Origin: Staphylothermus marinus F1
Lineage (GTDB): Archaea; Thermoproteota; Thermoprotei_A; Sulfolobales; Desulfurococcaceae
Length of the DNA: 32,000 bases
Direction: 5' to 3'
Assembly: GCF_000015945.1 (NCBI RefSeq)
Contig: NC_009033.1
Span: forward strand, 300,001-332,000
Shown here: piece after piece, positions 1 to 8,184 of the stretch
Numbering within the stretch: position 1 is the stretch's first letter
Layout of the letters: every line of letters starts with the position of its first letter
Position numbers and translations under genes: made by a program
Notes under the pieces: model-generated
Seen by the model: only the letters and a program-made list of their open reading frames with translations
What the model was told of the DNA's origin: nothing
Database searches by the model: none

Positions 1-395
1 AGAAAAGGATCTTAGAGATCAGTAGGATTCTAGGTATTGAACATCTTCTCGAGAGAAAACCTGATACACTCAGTGGCGGCGAGAAACAGAGGGTTGCATT
101 GGCAAGAGCTCTCATAGTTGAGCCTGAAATTATTCTTTTAGACGAGCCGCTTGCAAGCATTGATCCTGGAAACAGGGTTAAAATAAGATCTTTCATTAAG
201 GAGCTAAGAAAGAAAATAAAATTTACAGCTATACATGTTACACATGATATTGTTGAAGCAATAGATCTAGGTGACCACATAGCATATGTAGAGAGAGGAA
301 AACTTATCGGGAAATTCTCTGTAGAAGAATTTTTAGACACAAAATATGCTAAACCCTACATCGAAGAGTTAAAGCCTATACTAAATCGCTTATAA
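1..395 (+). CDS. ABC transporter ATP-binding protein, C-terminal part (5' end outside window)
   Basis: The frame is open from the window edge (codons from nt 3). Translation gives ...DTLSGGEKQRVALARALIVEPEIILLDEPLASID (ABC signature LSGGE plus Walker B ILLDEP) and the H-loop VTHD. Stop at 393-395. Confidence 0.85.
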   Translation, partial: KRILEISRILGIEHLLERKPDTLSGGEKQRVALARALIVEPEIILLDEPLASIDPGNRVKIRSFIKELRKKIKFTAIHVTHDIVEAIDLGDHIAYVERGKLIGKFSVEEFLDTKYAKPYIEELKPILNRL

Positions 396-409
396 AAATG
401 AATAGTATT

Positions 410-1060
410 TTATGTTAAAATATGGATCCTTCTCGCTTTTATAGTTAGGATCAGGCTATACAATAAGAAAAAGAGAGCTATCAACGATAAAGATAATTCT
501 ACAAAAACCGTTTGAACCCAAATATTACTTAGTATGCTCACTATATCTAATACCGCGATATATGAATCAAACAATATCGCATATAATGGAAGTATTAATG
601 CTAAGTAGAAATATGTTTTATTATATACTTTACCTATATGTCTTGTTATTAAAGCAGAGATAATTAATAATACTAATGAGAACGTAAACAAGGGGTTATA
701 TGGTAATGTAATGGGTAATGTAAATATGAAGCCTATTATTAAATGAAGTGTTGATCTATTAATTTTTGAAGCATCACTTGTTAAAAACGTAATATAAATT
801 AATATGTCATCTATTAAATCATCGATTACTTGTTTGTTATCTTGTCCAGCAATGTTCTTAATTGTCTCCTTAATTTTAACTGTTTTCGAATATAGTTCTC
901 TAAGCTTATTCTTATCATTTTCAACAAGAATACTAAATGATTTCTCGGCGTACTTTATAATCCTATCTATTCTCTCCGCATGTTTAATCAATTGTTTTTT
1001 CTTAGCTACTTTAGACGACTCCTCTAGTTTCTCTATCGCTTTATGAAGTATCTCTGACAT
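410..1060 (-). CDS. hypothetical membrane protein (N-terminal charged helical region of about 100 aa, then several TM helices)
   Basis: 216-aa ORF in an AT-rich context. The Lys/Glu-rich helical N-terminus is followed by long hydrophobic segments. No family recognised. Confidence 0.5.
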   Translation of the reverse strand: MSEILHKAIEKLEESSKVAKKKQLIKHAERIDRIIKYAEKSFSILVENDKNKLRELYSKTVKIKETIKNIAGQDNKQVIDDLIDDILIYITFLTSDASKINRSTLHLIIGFIFTLPITLPYNPLFTFSLVLLIISALITRHIGKVYNKTYFYLALILPLYAILFDSYIAVLDIVSILSNIWVQTVFVELSLSLIALFFLLYSLILTIKARRIHILT

Positions 1061-1101
1061 TTCATTACAATACCTCGTAATATGTTCTTCGATAATATTA
1101 G

Positions 1102-1821
1102 TTAGATAAATGCATCTAGAGACTTGTATAGTGTAAGGAAGGATTTAAGACTGAGTATTAGGCCTATAGTTCCAAGCCCTCCTATGACTATTACTATAAT
1201 ATATGCTATTAGTGGTGATATGTTGAGTGCGTTTACTATTCTATATATTTCTCCGTTGTCCATGAAGGCGTATAGCATGTAAAGCATTGCTTGAAAACAT
1301 ATAAACAATGATATAGGTATTAAGGCGGATGAAATAATTAATCCCAGTTTTCTCCTCGCTCGGTAAGCATGTATTGATATAAGCAATGGGAATAAGAGGA
1401 AGCCGATAAATAATATGCTGAATCCAAAAAATATAGGTAGTAGAATCAATGTTATTGTGAAAGCTGTAATGAATTCTCTATAAGCCTTCCTCACCTTATC
1501 TATTTCCCCTGTGAAGTCATAGTATGATGCTGCTATATATTTTCTCAGTTTTTTAATTTCCTCTAATAAGAGGTGAGGATTTTTTCTAATATTAAAAATG
1601 TTTTTGTTAATCTCATCTGTCTTCTCATATATTTTAGAAGCTAGATCTGGATAGTCATATTTTTTCTTCCTAATAATATCATTGATAATATTAATCGACT
1701 CATCTATTAACGCATATGTTTTCTCGAGATTTGGAATTGGTGAAAAAATATTGTTTATTTTTGATTTCATCTTTTTAAGCATGTTTATTGTGTCTCTGAG
1801 GATTTCATCGGTTTTAGCCAC
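1102..1821 (-). CDS. hypothetical membrane protein with the same architecture as the 410..1060 product
   Basis: 239-aa ORF with a GTG start at 1821 that overlaps the stop of the upstream micro-ORF (GTGGCTAA). Charged helical N-terminal half, then 4-5 TM segments. Confidence 0.5.
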   Translation of the reverse strand: MAKTDEILRDTINMLKKMKSKINNIFSPIPNLEKTYALIDESINIINDIIRKKKYDYPDLASKIYEKTDEINKNIFNIRKNPHLLLEEIKKLRKYIAASYYDFTGEIDKVRKAYREFITAFTITLILLPIFFGFSILFIGFLLFPLLISIHAYRARRKLGLIISSALIPISLFICFQAMLYMLYAFMDNGEIYRIVNALNISPLIAYIIVIVIGGLGTIGLILSLKSFLTLYKSLDAFI

Positions 1822-1930
1822 TTTCTTTTCTCCTCTTCCTCGCAGAAGTCCACTTATATGCTACAAATATTAATAGTAGAAATACTATTCCCCAGCCAAA
1901 GGCTAGGAACCCAAGTGCTTCGGGAGCCAT
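1814..1930 (-). CDS. small single-TM protein (38 aa), not in the supplied ORF track
   Basis: Hand translation gives MAPEALGFLAFGWGIVFLLLIFVAYKWTSARKRRKESG. The ATG at 1930 lies 4 nt after the transporter stop. GGAGG (complement of 1939-1943) sits 8 nt upstream. The product is a hydrophobic core followed by a basic tail. Confidence 0.4.
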   Translation of the reverse strand: MAPEALGFLAFGWGIVFLLLIFVAYKWTSARKRRKESG

Positions 1931-1934
1931 GTTT

Positions 1935-3551
1935 TCAGCCTCCTAGTTCTTGTGGGTATCTATTCTTTAATGCCTTATAGTTTATGATTAAGCCGACGAT
2001 AAACATTATTATTATCATAGCTACACCTATCCAGCCAAATACATTATCGGGTCTTGCTGCAGCCACTACTTCACCTTTTAGAAATGCAGTATAAATGAAC
2101 CATCCAAGCAGTATTAATAGGTAGAGCGGCGAAATTATTCCTGTTACATATTTCCAGTACCATTTAGGCACAGTCATGTATGCTCCACGATGTAGTTCTT
2201 CATAGCTATCATCCACTCCCCAAAGCCAAAGAGCAGCCACTACCTCGAATAATGCCACTACTAATAACAGCAGTGATCCTGCATAGAAGTCTGCTAAGTC
2301 TAGATAATCAGTTAGTTGCTGAGTCTTCATAGCTGCCTCAATGTTTACGAAAACACCTGTTATGAATATTATTATGAATGCTATTAATGCACCCCTTACA
2401 CGATTCAGTTTAAAGTCTTCAACGAATATGGTAATTAATACGTTGATTAATGCTATTGCACTAGTCACTCCAGCGAACCATAGGAGCGAGAACCATAGGA
2501 AACCTCCTATTGCACCTACAGCTCCTAATCTACCGAACAATGGTGGCAAAGCAGATATAGCTACTCCAAACCCTGAAATCTTACCAGCTTCTACTAGTGC
2601 TATAAAGTCTGGTCCTCCAAAAGCATATGCTAGGGGTATAGCAATGCTTGCACCCATAACTACTTCTGCGAACTCGTTGAGAGAAGTTGTTGTTAAGGCG
2701 CTTAGCGGCAAGTCTTCTTCTCTTCTTAGATAGCTAGCATAGTTAGGTATTATACCTGCAATACCAATACTTAAAGTAAAGAATATTTGGCCAGCGCCTT
2801 CAATAAAAGTCGCTGGATTGCTTAATTTTTCAAGCTTAGGTGTCCATAACCATTCAAATCCTCGTAGGGAACTCCATTCAGGCTTTATGGGTGCACCAAG
2901 TGTTAGAGATAATACTACTAGAATTATTCCCTCAATGAATAGTGTGGGCATCATTATTTTAGCTGCTATCTCAATTCCTCTTCTAACACCTCTTGATACT
3001 ATGCTAATCATTATAAATAATGATATAAGCCATGCTGTTAAGCTGAGAGCTGGATTGGTTAAGAAGTTCACGAAGAATGCTCCAGCATCATCAGCTGTTT
3101 TTAATCCACTGAATTGACCAGTTAAAGATGCTACTGAGTAATAGCCCATCCATCCAATAATATTAGTATAATAACCTGTAATCATTACTCCTGTAACAAA
3201 AGCTACAGCTCCACCGATAATTGCAAATGTCGCCGCGGATTTAGGAGATAGCTTTTTCTTGCTGACAATATACATCATTGGAGCTAAGTGTCCATGTCCA
3301 TGTAACCCGCCATGCCTACCTAGCGTCCATTCAACAAACATGATAGGTATTCCTAGTAACACTAATGCTAGAAAATATGGGATCAGATATGCTCCTCCAC
3401 CATATGCTGCAGCTTTAGCCGGGAATCTAATAAAGTTTCCTAAGCCTACTGCATTTCCAGCCATTGCCAATATTAGCCCTATCTTTGTTGCCCAGTGCTC
3501 TCTACGCACCTCACCCACGAGTATCCCACCCCACCATTTTCCTACATACAC
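1935..3551 (-). CDS. sodium-dependent transporter, NSS/SNF (LeuT-like) family
   Basis: REHWATKIGLILAMAGNAVGLGNFIRFP near the N-terminus is the hallmark TM1 motif of neurotransmitter:sodium symporter homologues. About 12 hydrophobic segments. The real start may be one of the in-frame GTGs just before EVRREHW rather than GTG 3551. Confidence 0.9.
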   Translation of the reverse strand: MYVGKWWGGILVGEVRREHWATKIGLILAMAGNAVGLGNFIRFPAKAAAYGGGAYLIPYFLALVLLGIPIMFVEWTLGRHGGLHGHGHLAPMMYIVSKKKLSPKSAATFAIIGGAVAFVTGVMITGYYTNIIGWMGYYSVASLTGQFSGLKTADDAGAFFVNFLTNPALSLTAWLISLFIMISIVSRGVRRGIEIAAKIMMPTLFIEGIILVVLSLTLGAPIKPEWSSLRGFEWLWTPKLEKLSNPATFIEGAGQIFFTLSIGIAGIIPNYASYLRREEDLPLSALTTTSLNEFAEVVMGASIAIPLAYAFGGPDFIALVEAGKISGFGVAISALPPLFGRLGAVGAIGGFLWFSLLWFAGVTSAIALINVLITIFVEDFKLNRVRGALIAFIIIFITGVFVNIEAAMKTQQLTDYLDLADFYAGSLLLLVVALFEVVAALWLWGVDDSYEELHRGAYMTVPKWYWKYVTGIISPLYLLILLGWFIYTAFLKGEVVAAARPDNVFGWIGVAMIIIMFIVGLIINYKALKNRYPQELGG

Positions 3552-3802
3552 TTATATTTACAGATTATGTCATTTATATAAGAGTTATGGATTATGATAT
3601 AATTTTCTCAATGAATTAAATTAAATTATAGAAGCTCGTCAAGCTATATAATTAGATTAACTATTCCTAATTGCTTTATATATTTTCATATTAGGAATAA
3701 TTATGTTGAAAACACTAATCGATTTACTACTTGTAGGCGGGTTTAAAAGAGGATCCCATGGTTTTGCTGCAATGTAGATGTATTCAATGAGTAAATATTT
3801 AG

Positions 3803-4183
3803 TTATCCGAGATATTCTTTCATATCAACTTCTTTACCATGTTTAACAAATCTTATTCTTAGATCAGGTTTTACTGGAACACCCAATCTATGAAGCAGAA
3901 GCAGAGTTGTGTAACCATCGAATTCGTTTATTTTTCCTTGCTGAATTAAAGCATAAAAGACTTGGATTACTAGTGGGTATTTATCAGGATAGAGAACTTT
4001 CGCTTTAGACATTAATTCTCTGGCACGTTCATCGCTAAGTTTTTCCCAAACAATCTTCTCAGGATCAGTTTTTTCTTTCTCGATCTGTTTCTTTTCTTCA
4101 CTAGATCTCATAACTTTGCTCATAATCTTTTTCATTAATTTCATTTTTAAATGGTCTGGAAGATCTTCTGCCAACAAGATCAC
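3803..4183 (-). CDS. PDCD5-like double-stranded DNA-binding protein (dsDNA_bind family), tentative
   Basis: 126 aa with a charged N-terminus. The segment LSDERARELMSKAKVLYPDKYPLVIQVFYALIQQGKI resembles the archaeal PDCD5/MTH1615-type core (..TPEARERL..V....PE.A..VE..LIQLAQ.G.I) as I remember it. Confidence 0.5.
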   Translation of the reverse strand: MILLAEDLPDHLKMKLMKKIMSKVMRSSEEKKQIEKEKTDPEKIVWEKLSDERARELMSKAKVLYPDKYPLVIQVFYALIQQGKINEFDGYTTLLLLHRLGVPVKPDLRIRFVKHGKEVDMKEYLG

Positions 4184-4308
4184 CAGCTTGACTGTTTTCT
4201 TACTGTTTACAATAGTATTTAATACTGTACTTATAAGGATTTACAACTATATTATATACGTCCAACTTCCCATGTGGAATTGATATATAGTTTTTCACTA
4301 GTCACTGT

Positions 4309-4911
4309 TTATATGTTAATCAATGATATTATGCCTTCTCGTATCATTGCTACAGAATATGCCGCTAATAGAATTGCAAGTATTTTGCTTAAAACAGTAC
4401 TTCCTTGTTTTCCGAGAAGCTGTAGAAGCTTTCCTCCATTTTCAAGCAATATCCATGCTATAATCATATTAATTGCTATACTTAGCATTGTTAGTAATAG
4501 TCCCATACTATATTTAAGATAAATAACCACCGTAATTGATCCTGGACCAGCTAATAATGGTGTAGCTAGTGGTACTACCGCTATTTCCTCACCGCTCACT
4601 TCTTCAGCTGTTGTATGTCCGAGTATTCCTAGTACAGCATATATGAATAATATTATTCCACCAGCTATTCTGAAATCATTAACTGTTATATCAAAATATA
4701 GTAATATATAGTCGCCGAACAAACCAAATAGTAATAGTATAAATGCCGCTACAATAATGCTTTTACGAATAGTATATATTCTCTTCCACGGCTCCATATC
4801 TTTTGTGAAGAAATAAAATAGCGGAGCATTACCTGGAGCATCAAGGACTACGAACAACATTAGTATTGCTGATACTAATTGGTAAACATCTATCTCCATA
4901 TTTACCACCAT
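4309..4911 (-). CDS. MarC family (UPF0056) integral membrane protein
   Basis: 200 aa, about 6 TM segments. VLDAPGNAPLFYFFT and RIAGGIILF match the family motifs (nPiGn.P.F..lt ; iaGGiil). Confidence 0.65.
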   Translation of the reverse strand: MVVNMEIDVYQLVSAILMLFVVLDAPGNAPLFYFFTKDMEPWKRIYTIRKSIIVAAFILLLFGLFGDYILLYFDITVNDFRIAGGIILFIYAVLGILGHTTAEEVSGEEIAVVPLATPLLAGPGSITVVIYLKYSMGLLLTMLSIAINMIIAWILLENGGKLLQLLGKQGSTVLSKILAILLAAYSVAMIREGIISLINI

Positions 4912-5056
4912 TGTTTACTATTTGATCAATTCATTACTTGTATATGTTTGTTTAAACGCTATTATTGGATTATAATTGTTTAGTATTATGTGAAAATGCT
5001 AATATGGTTTAATCCATATTATTTATTCATAATTTACAAGTATTAGGTGATCTAGT

Positions 5057-5514
5057 ATGTCTTGGCAAGGTTATGGATGGGGTAGAGGCAGAGGCAGATC
5101 TCCATGGACAGGTAGGGGCCCCAGTGGTTTTCAACCTTATCAACCTATCCAGTTGCAATTACCGCCTCCGCCACCTAATGGTATTAGAGTAGCCGTATGT
5201 GTCAATGACAATAATGGTTTAGAATCGCATGTTTCACCGGTCTTTGCACGTGCTCCATATGTATTGTTTATTGATATAATAAATGATAATTAGCTAATAT
5301 ATATCCAATACAGAACCCTTATGCCATGGGAGGTGGAGGAGCTGGTTTCTCCTTTACACAATTTATTGCATGAGCTGGTGCGAGAATTGTTATAGTATCC
5401 ACCATAGGCCCTAATGCACAAGCTATGCTTCAACACTACGGTATTAGTGTCTACACAGTCCCTCCTAGTTCTAGAGCTATTGATGCTCTTAAAGGGGCGG
5501 TTCTTAATAGGTGA
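5057..5514 (+). pseudogene. NifX/NifB-like (dinitrogenase FeMo-cofactor biosynthesis domain family) gene with an RG/Trp-rich N-terminal extension, disrupted
   Basis: Frame 0 (5057-5293) reads MSWQGYGWGRGRGRSPWTGRGP...IRVAVCVNDNNGLESHVSPVFARAPYVLFIDIINDN and stops at TAG 5291. The homologous sequence continues in the -1 frame from 5290 (LANIYPIQNPYAMGGGGAGFSFTQFIA). An in-frame TGA follows at 5371-5373, then AGARIVIVSTIGPNAQAMLQHYGISVYTVPP...LNR to the stop at 5512-5514. SD GGTGAT lies 6 nt before the ATG. Confidence 0.6.
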
Positions 5515-5591
5515 TTTTGTGCATATGAACAATTTTTATTAACCTTCTTAACCATAGCTAATAATGAAACAATTCCGAGAGGTGTATATGT

Positions 5592-5870
5592 GTGGCTTGG
5601 TTCCCAGGCTTCGGAGGATGGGGTAGAGGTAGAGGAGGATGGCGTGGACCATGGCCAGGAAACGGTCCCTTCAGCTATTTACCACCATGGCAGAGACCAG
5701 GATGGATCTATGGAAGAGGAGCATGTGGATGGCTTTATCCGTGGCTCGGATACTACTGGTATCCATGGTACTATTACCCATACTATACAACTCCGTATAT
5801 AACACCATATACTCCGACACATTATCCAGCACCATACTATTATTTTAGACCATGGTGGGGCTGGTGGTGA
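5592..5870 (+). CDS. Trp/Tyr/Pro/Gly-Arg low-complexity protein (DUF5320-like N-terminal motif)
   Basis: GTG start 9 nt after GAGGTG. The N-terminus MAWFPGFGGWGRGRGGWRGPWPGNGP repeats the motif of the 5057 ORF N-terminus (GWGRGRG..W.G.GP), which fixes the reading frame among three overlapping ORFs. The rest is W/Y/P-rich (YYWYPWYYYPYY...RPWWGWW). Confidence 0.5.
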   Translation: MAWFPGFGGWGRGRGGWRGPWPGNGPFSYLPPWQRPGWIYGRGACGWLYPWLGYYWYPWYYYPYYTTPYITPYTPTHYPAPYYYFRPWWGWW

Positions 5871-5874
5871 AGCC

Positions 5875-5985
5875 GTGAGCTGGTACCCGCCTCCACCTAC
5901 ATGGTATTATGCTTATCTACCACCGGAGACATTCATTAAGAGCCTTAAACAATATAAAACATATGCGAAGACAAGCGAGAGCTAA
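5875..5985 (+). CDS. 36-aa aromatic/proline-rich micro-ORF (possibly a fragment of a longer gene)
   Basis: The GTG at 5875 is preceded by GGTGGTGA, which is the end of the previous ORF. Hand translation gives VSWYPPPPTWYYAYLPPETFIKSLKQYKTYAKTSES. It is in the same frame as 6001..6369, separated only by TAA 5983-5985 plus 5 sense codons. Confidence 0.25.
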   Translation: MSWYPPPPTWYYAYLPPETFIKSLKQYKTYAKTSES

Positions 5986-6000
5986 CATGGTGTATTCCGA

Positions 6001-6369
6001 ATGAGCTACTGGTGGTATAAAATAATGAGAAAATATAGGTACTTCCCCCCGCCACCATGGTATATTCCACCATACCCTTACCCCTACCAATACCCATATC
6101 AACAACAAACACAGCAAATACAACGGCCAGTTCAACAAGGGCAACCTCCACAACCACTACAACCAGTGTATCATCCTATCCCACCATATTTTCCGCCACC
6201 ACCTTTCCCTATGAGCCCTGAAGAAGAACTTGCAATGCTTGAAGATTATAAGAAATCATTAGAAGAGGATCTCAAGGAGCTACAGGAAGAGCTTAAATCT
6301 GTAGAGGAGAGAATCAAGGAGCTGAAAGAATTACTGAAGAAACAAGGTGGAGAAACAACTTATAGATAA
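6001..6369 (+). CDS. DUF5320-like protein: Pro/Tyr/Gln low-complexity N-terminal part plus C-terminal coiled coil
   Basis: 122 aa. YFPPPPWYIPPYPYPYQYPYQQQTQQ... is followed by SPEEELAMLEDYKKSLEEDLKELQEELKSVEERIKELKELLKK. This low-complexity-then-coiled-coil layout is what I recall for DUF5320, a family often encoded next to NifX-like genes. Confidence 0.55.
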   Translation: MSYWWYKIMRKYRYFPPPPWYIPPYPYPYQYPYQQQTQQIQRPVQQGQPPQPLQPVYHPIPPYFPPPPFPMSPEEELAMLEDYKKSLEEDLKELQEELKSVEERIKELKELLKKQGGETTYR

Positions 6370-6506
6370 AACTATTATTTTTTACATTTCACTATAATTG
6401 CATATTTCTTCTGTATTTAAAATATGTTCCTTTTAGGATTGTTTAATTGAAACATCTAGAAGAAAGCTGTATTTAAGCAATATATATTATATTGTAATAT
6501 AGTGTT

Positions 6507-7469
6507 TTATTGTCCAGCTATTATTTCTCTGACCAATGCATTGGCTGTGAGTTTTACTGCTTCACGACTACTATATTTTGGTTTCCACCCTAGTTTTTTC
6601 AGCTTATCTATGCTTAGCAACATGTATTTAACGTCTCCTGGCCATCCTCTACCATCCGGTGTTCCCCCACTATATATTATTCTTGGTGTAACACCCATTG
6701 CTTCAGCAACTATTTCAGCTATTTCACGGACTGTTATCCAATCCTCGTTGCCGATATTGTATACATCATATGTTTTGTTTATTCTTTCAAAGACATAAAG
6801 TGTTGCATCTACAGCGTCTTTAACATATAGGTAGCTTTTCTTTTGAGTACCATCACCGAGTACTTCTAGAATTTCCGGGTTCCTTTTCAGCTTCAATATG
6901 AAATCGTATATTACTCCATGATTCAATCTTGGACCAACAATATTAGCGTATCTCAGCGATAATGCTTTGAACCCGTATAGATGAGCATATGAGCATATTA
7001 ACGATTCACAAGCAGCTTTAGAAGCCCCATATACACTGATCGGTCTTATCTCGTGTGTTTCCGGAGTAGGTATTATTTGCGGATCACCATATACTGTACT
7101 TGAACTAGCAAACACTAATACTTTAACACCACCATTTCTACGGATCGCCTCTAATAAGTTGAATGTAGCAACAATGTTTTCTCTAAAATGTATCTCGGGA
7201 GATGTCGTGCTCAATCTAACCTCGGGATTAGCGGCTAGATGAAAAACAGCATCAATATCTTTGAGAGAATTATTAATATCATCAATGTTTTTCAGGTCTC
7301 CCTTTACAAAATCAAAGTTTTTCTCTCCCATATGATGCTGTATATTTCTTAGTGAACCACTACTTAGATTATCAATAACTCTCACATAATAACCACGGCT
7401 GAGAAGCTCGTCTACTAGGTGGCTTCCAATAAAACCAGCTCCTCCAGTTACAAGTATTCTGCTAAGCAC
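6507..7469 (-). CDS. NAD-dependent epimerase/dehydratase (extended SDR; UDP-sugar 4-epimerase/decarboxylase-like)
   Basis: ILVTGGAGFIGSHL Rossmann motif, YGASKAACE (YxxxK) catalytic motif, and GDGTQKKSYLYVKDAVDA. The maximal ORF reaches GTG 7520. I prefer GTG 7469, which lies 5 nt after GGTGG and gives the usual short N-terminus. Confidence 0.85.
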   Translation of the reverse strand: MLSRILVTGGAGFIGSHLVDELLSRGYYVRVIDNLSSGSLRNIQHHMGEKNFDFVKGDLKNIDDINNSLKDIDAVFHLAANPEVRLSTTSPEIHFRENIVATFNLLEAIRRNGGVKVLVFASSSTVYGDPQIIPTPETHEIRPISVYGASKAACESLICSYAHLYGFKALSLRYANIVGPRLNHGVIYDFILKLKRNPEILEVLGDGTQKKSYLYVKDAVDATLYVFERINKTYDVYNIGNEDWITVREIAEIVAEAMGVTPRIIYSGGTPDGRGWPGDVKYMLLSIDKLKKLGWKPKYSSREAVKLTANALVREIIAGQ

Positions 7470-7564
7470 TATTCCACCTATCCCAATAAATTCATAATAA
7501 AAATATATATGTTTAATCACAAGTATTAAAGGATTAAAAATAATAATATTTTAATTTCGTCTCT

Positions 7565-8167
7565 TTATTTTTCTACTTGTTTTCTCCCGAGATCGTATGC
7601 TGTTGCTAAGACCTTCTTATTTAGCTCTAGTACTTTTCCACGAAATACTCTTTCAAGCCCTTTTACTAGGTGCTTATATTCTAGCCGCTCTTGTAAACCA
7701 GGATCTACTGCATAAGAGTATCCTAGGATAGCCATGTTTGCAGATATTATTGATCCCACTATTTCCTCAGAGATCTTGTTGGCATCTATTACATATAGTC
7801 TTAGTTTTCTCCCCTTGATCTTCTCAATTATCTGGTCTAAGTCTGGATATATTTCTAGTGGGGGAGGCCATATGAACTTGTTCATAACTATTCTCGTCTC
7901 TTTATTAGCGTATATGATCTGTCTAGCTGTTTCTAATGCTTCCAGCCCTATTAGTAGATCTGCTGCCCCTCGAGGAATCATTGGTGATTCTCCTTCACCA
8001 AGTCTTATCTGAACTATTAAGCTCCCGCCACGCTGTGATAATCCGTGTGTTTCAGCTATTGATACATCTATTCCAGCCTCTATAGCTGCGTTCCCTAATA
8101 CTCTTCCAAGAGTCAGTAATCCTTGCCCGCCTACTCCAGCTACGACTATATTGTATCTTTTAGGCAT
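7565..8167 (-). CDS. iorB: indolepyruvate:ferredoxin oxidoreductase, beta subunit
   Basis: MPKRYNIVVAGVGGQGLLTLGRVLG...ETHGLSQRGGS matches the family. It lies directly downstream of iorA. ATG 8167 is preceded by AGGAGGTGG with 6-nt spacing; the ORF-track start at 8194 would overlap iorA. Confidence 0.85.
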   Translation of the reverse strand: MPKRYNIVVAGVGGQGLLTLGRVLGNAAIEAGIDVSIAETHGLSQRGGSLIVQIRLGEGESPMIPRGAADLLIGLEALETARQIIYANKETRIVMNKFIWPPPLEIYPDLDQIIEKIKGRKLRLYVIDANKISEEIVGSIISANMAILGYSYAVDPGLQERLEYKHLVKGLERVFRGKVLELNKKVLATAYDLGRKQVEK

Positions 8168-8184
8168 ACATTTCCACCTCCTAT

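Noticed and set aside
2341-3597. Plus-strand ORFs (130, 99 and 112 aa) inside the NSS transporter gene
   Set aside because: They lie antisense to a gene with an unmistakable LeuT-family motif. Their products are low-complexity.
5371-5373. In-frame TGA in the NifX-like gene as selenocysteine or programmed read-through
   Set aside because: Homologues have no conserved Cys/Sec at this position (as I recall, usually a polar or charged residue). I know of no selenoprotein machinery in crenarchaea. The gene also carries an independent frameshift, so a pseudogene is the simpler reading.
5290-5532. 80-aa minus-strand ORF
   Set aside because: It lies antisense to sequence that translates on the plus strand into a recognisable NifX/NifB-like domain. 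The product is Cys/Ser/Arg-rich with no motif.
5590-5848. Alternative-frame ORFs 5590..5802 and 5639..5848 overlapping 5592..5870
   Set aside because: Only the 5592 frame reproduces the GWGRGRG..W.G.GP motif seen at the N-terminus of the 5057 ORF, and only it has GAGGTG at the correct distance.
5917-6157. Two minus-strand ORFs (78 and 70 aa)
   Set aside because: They lie antisense to the proline/tyrosine-rich plus-strand frames. They are Trp/Gly/Val-rich mirror products of CCN/TAC codons.
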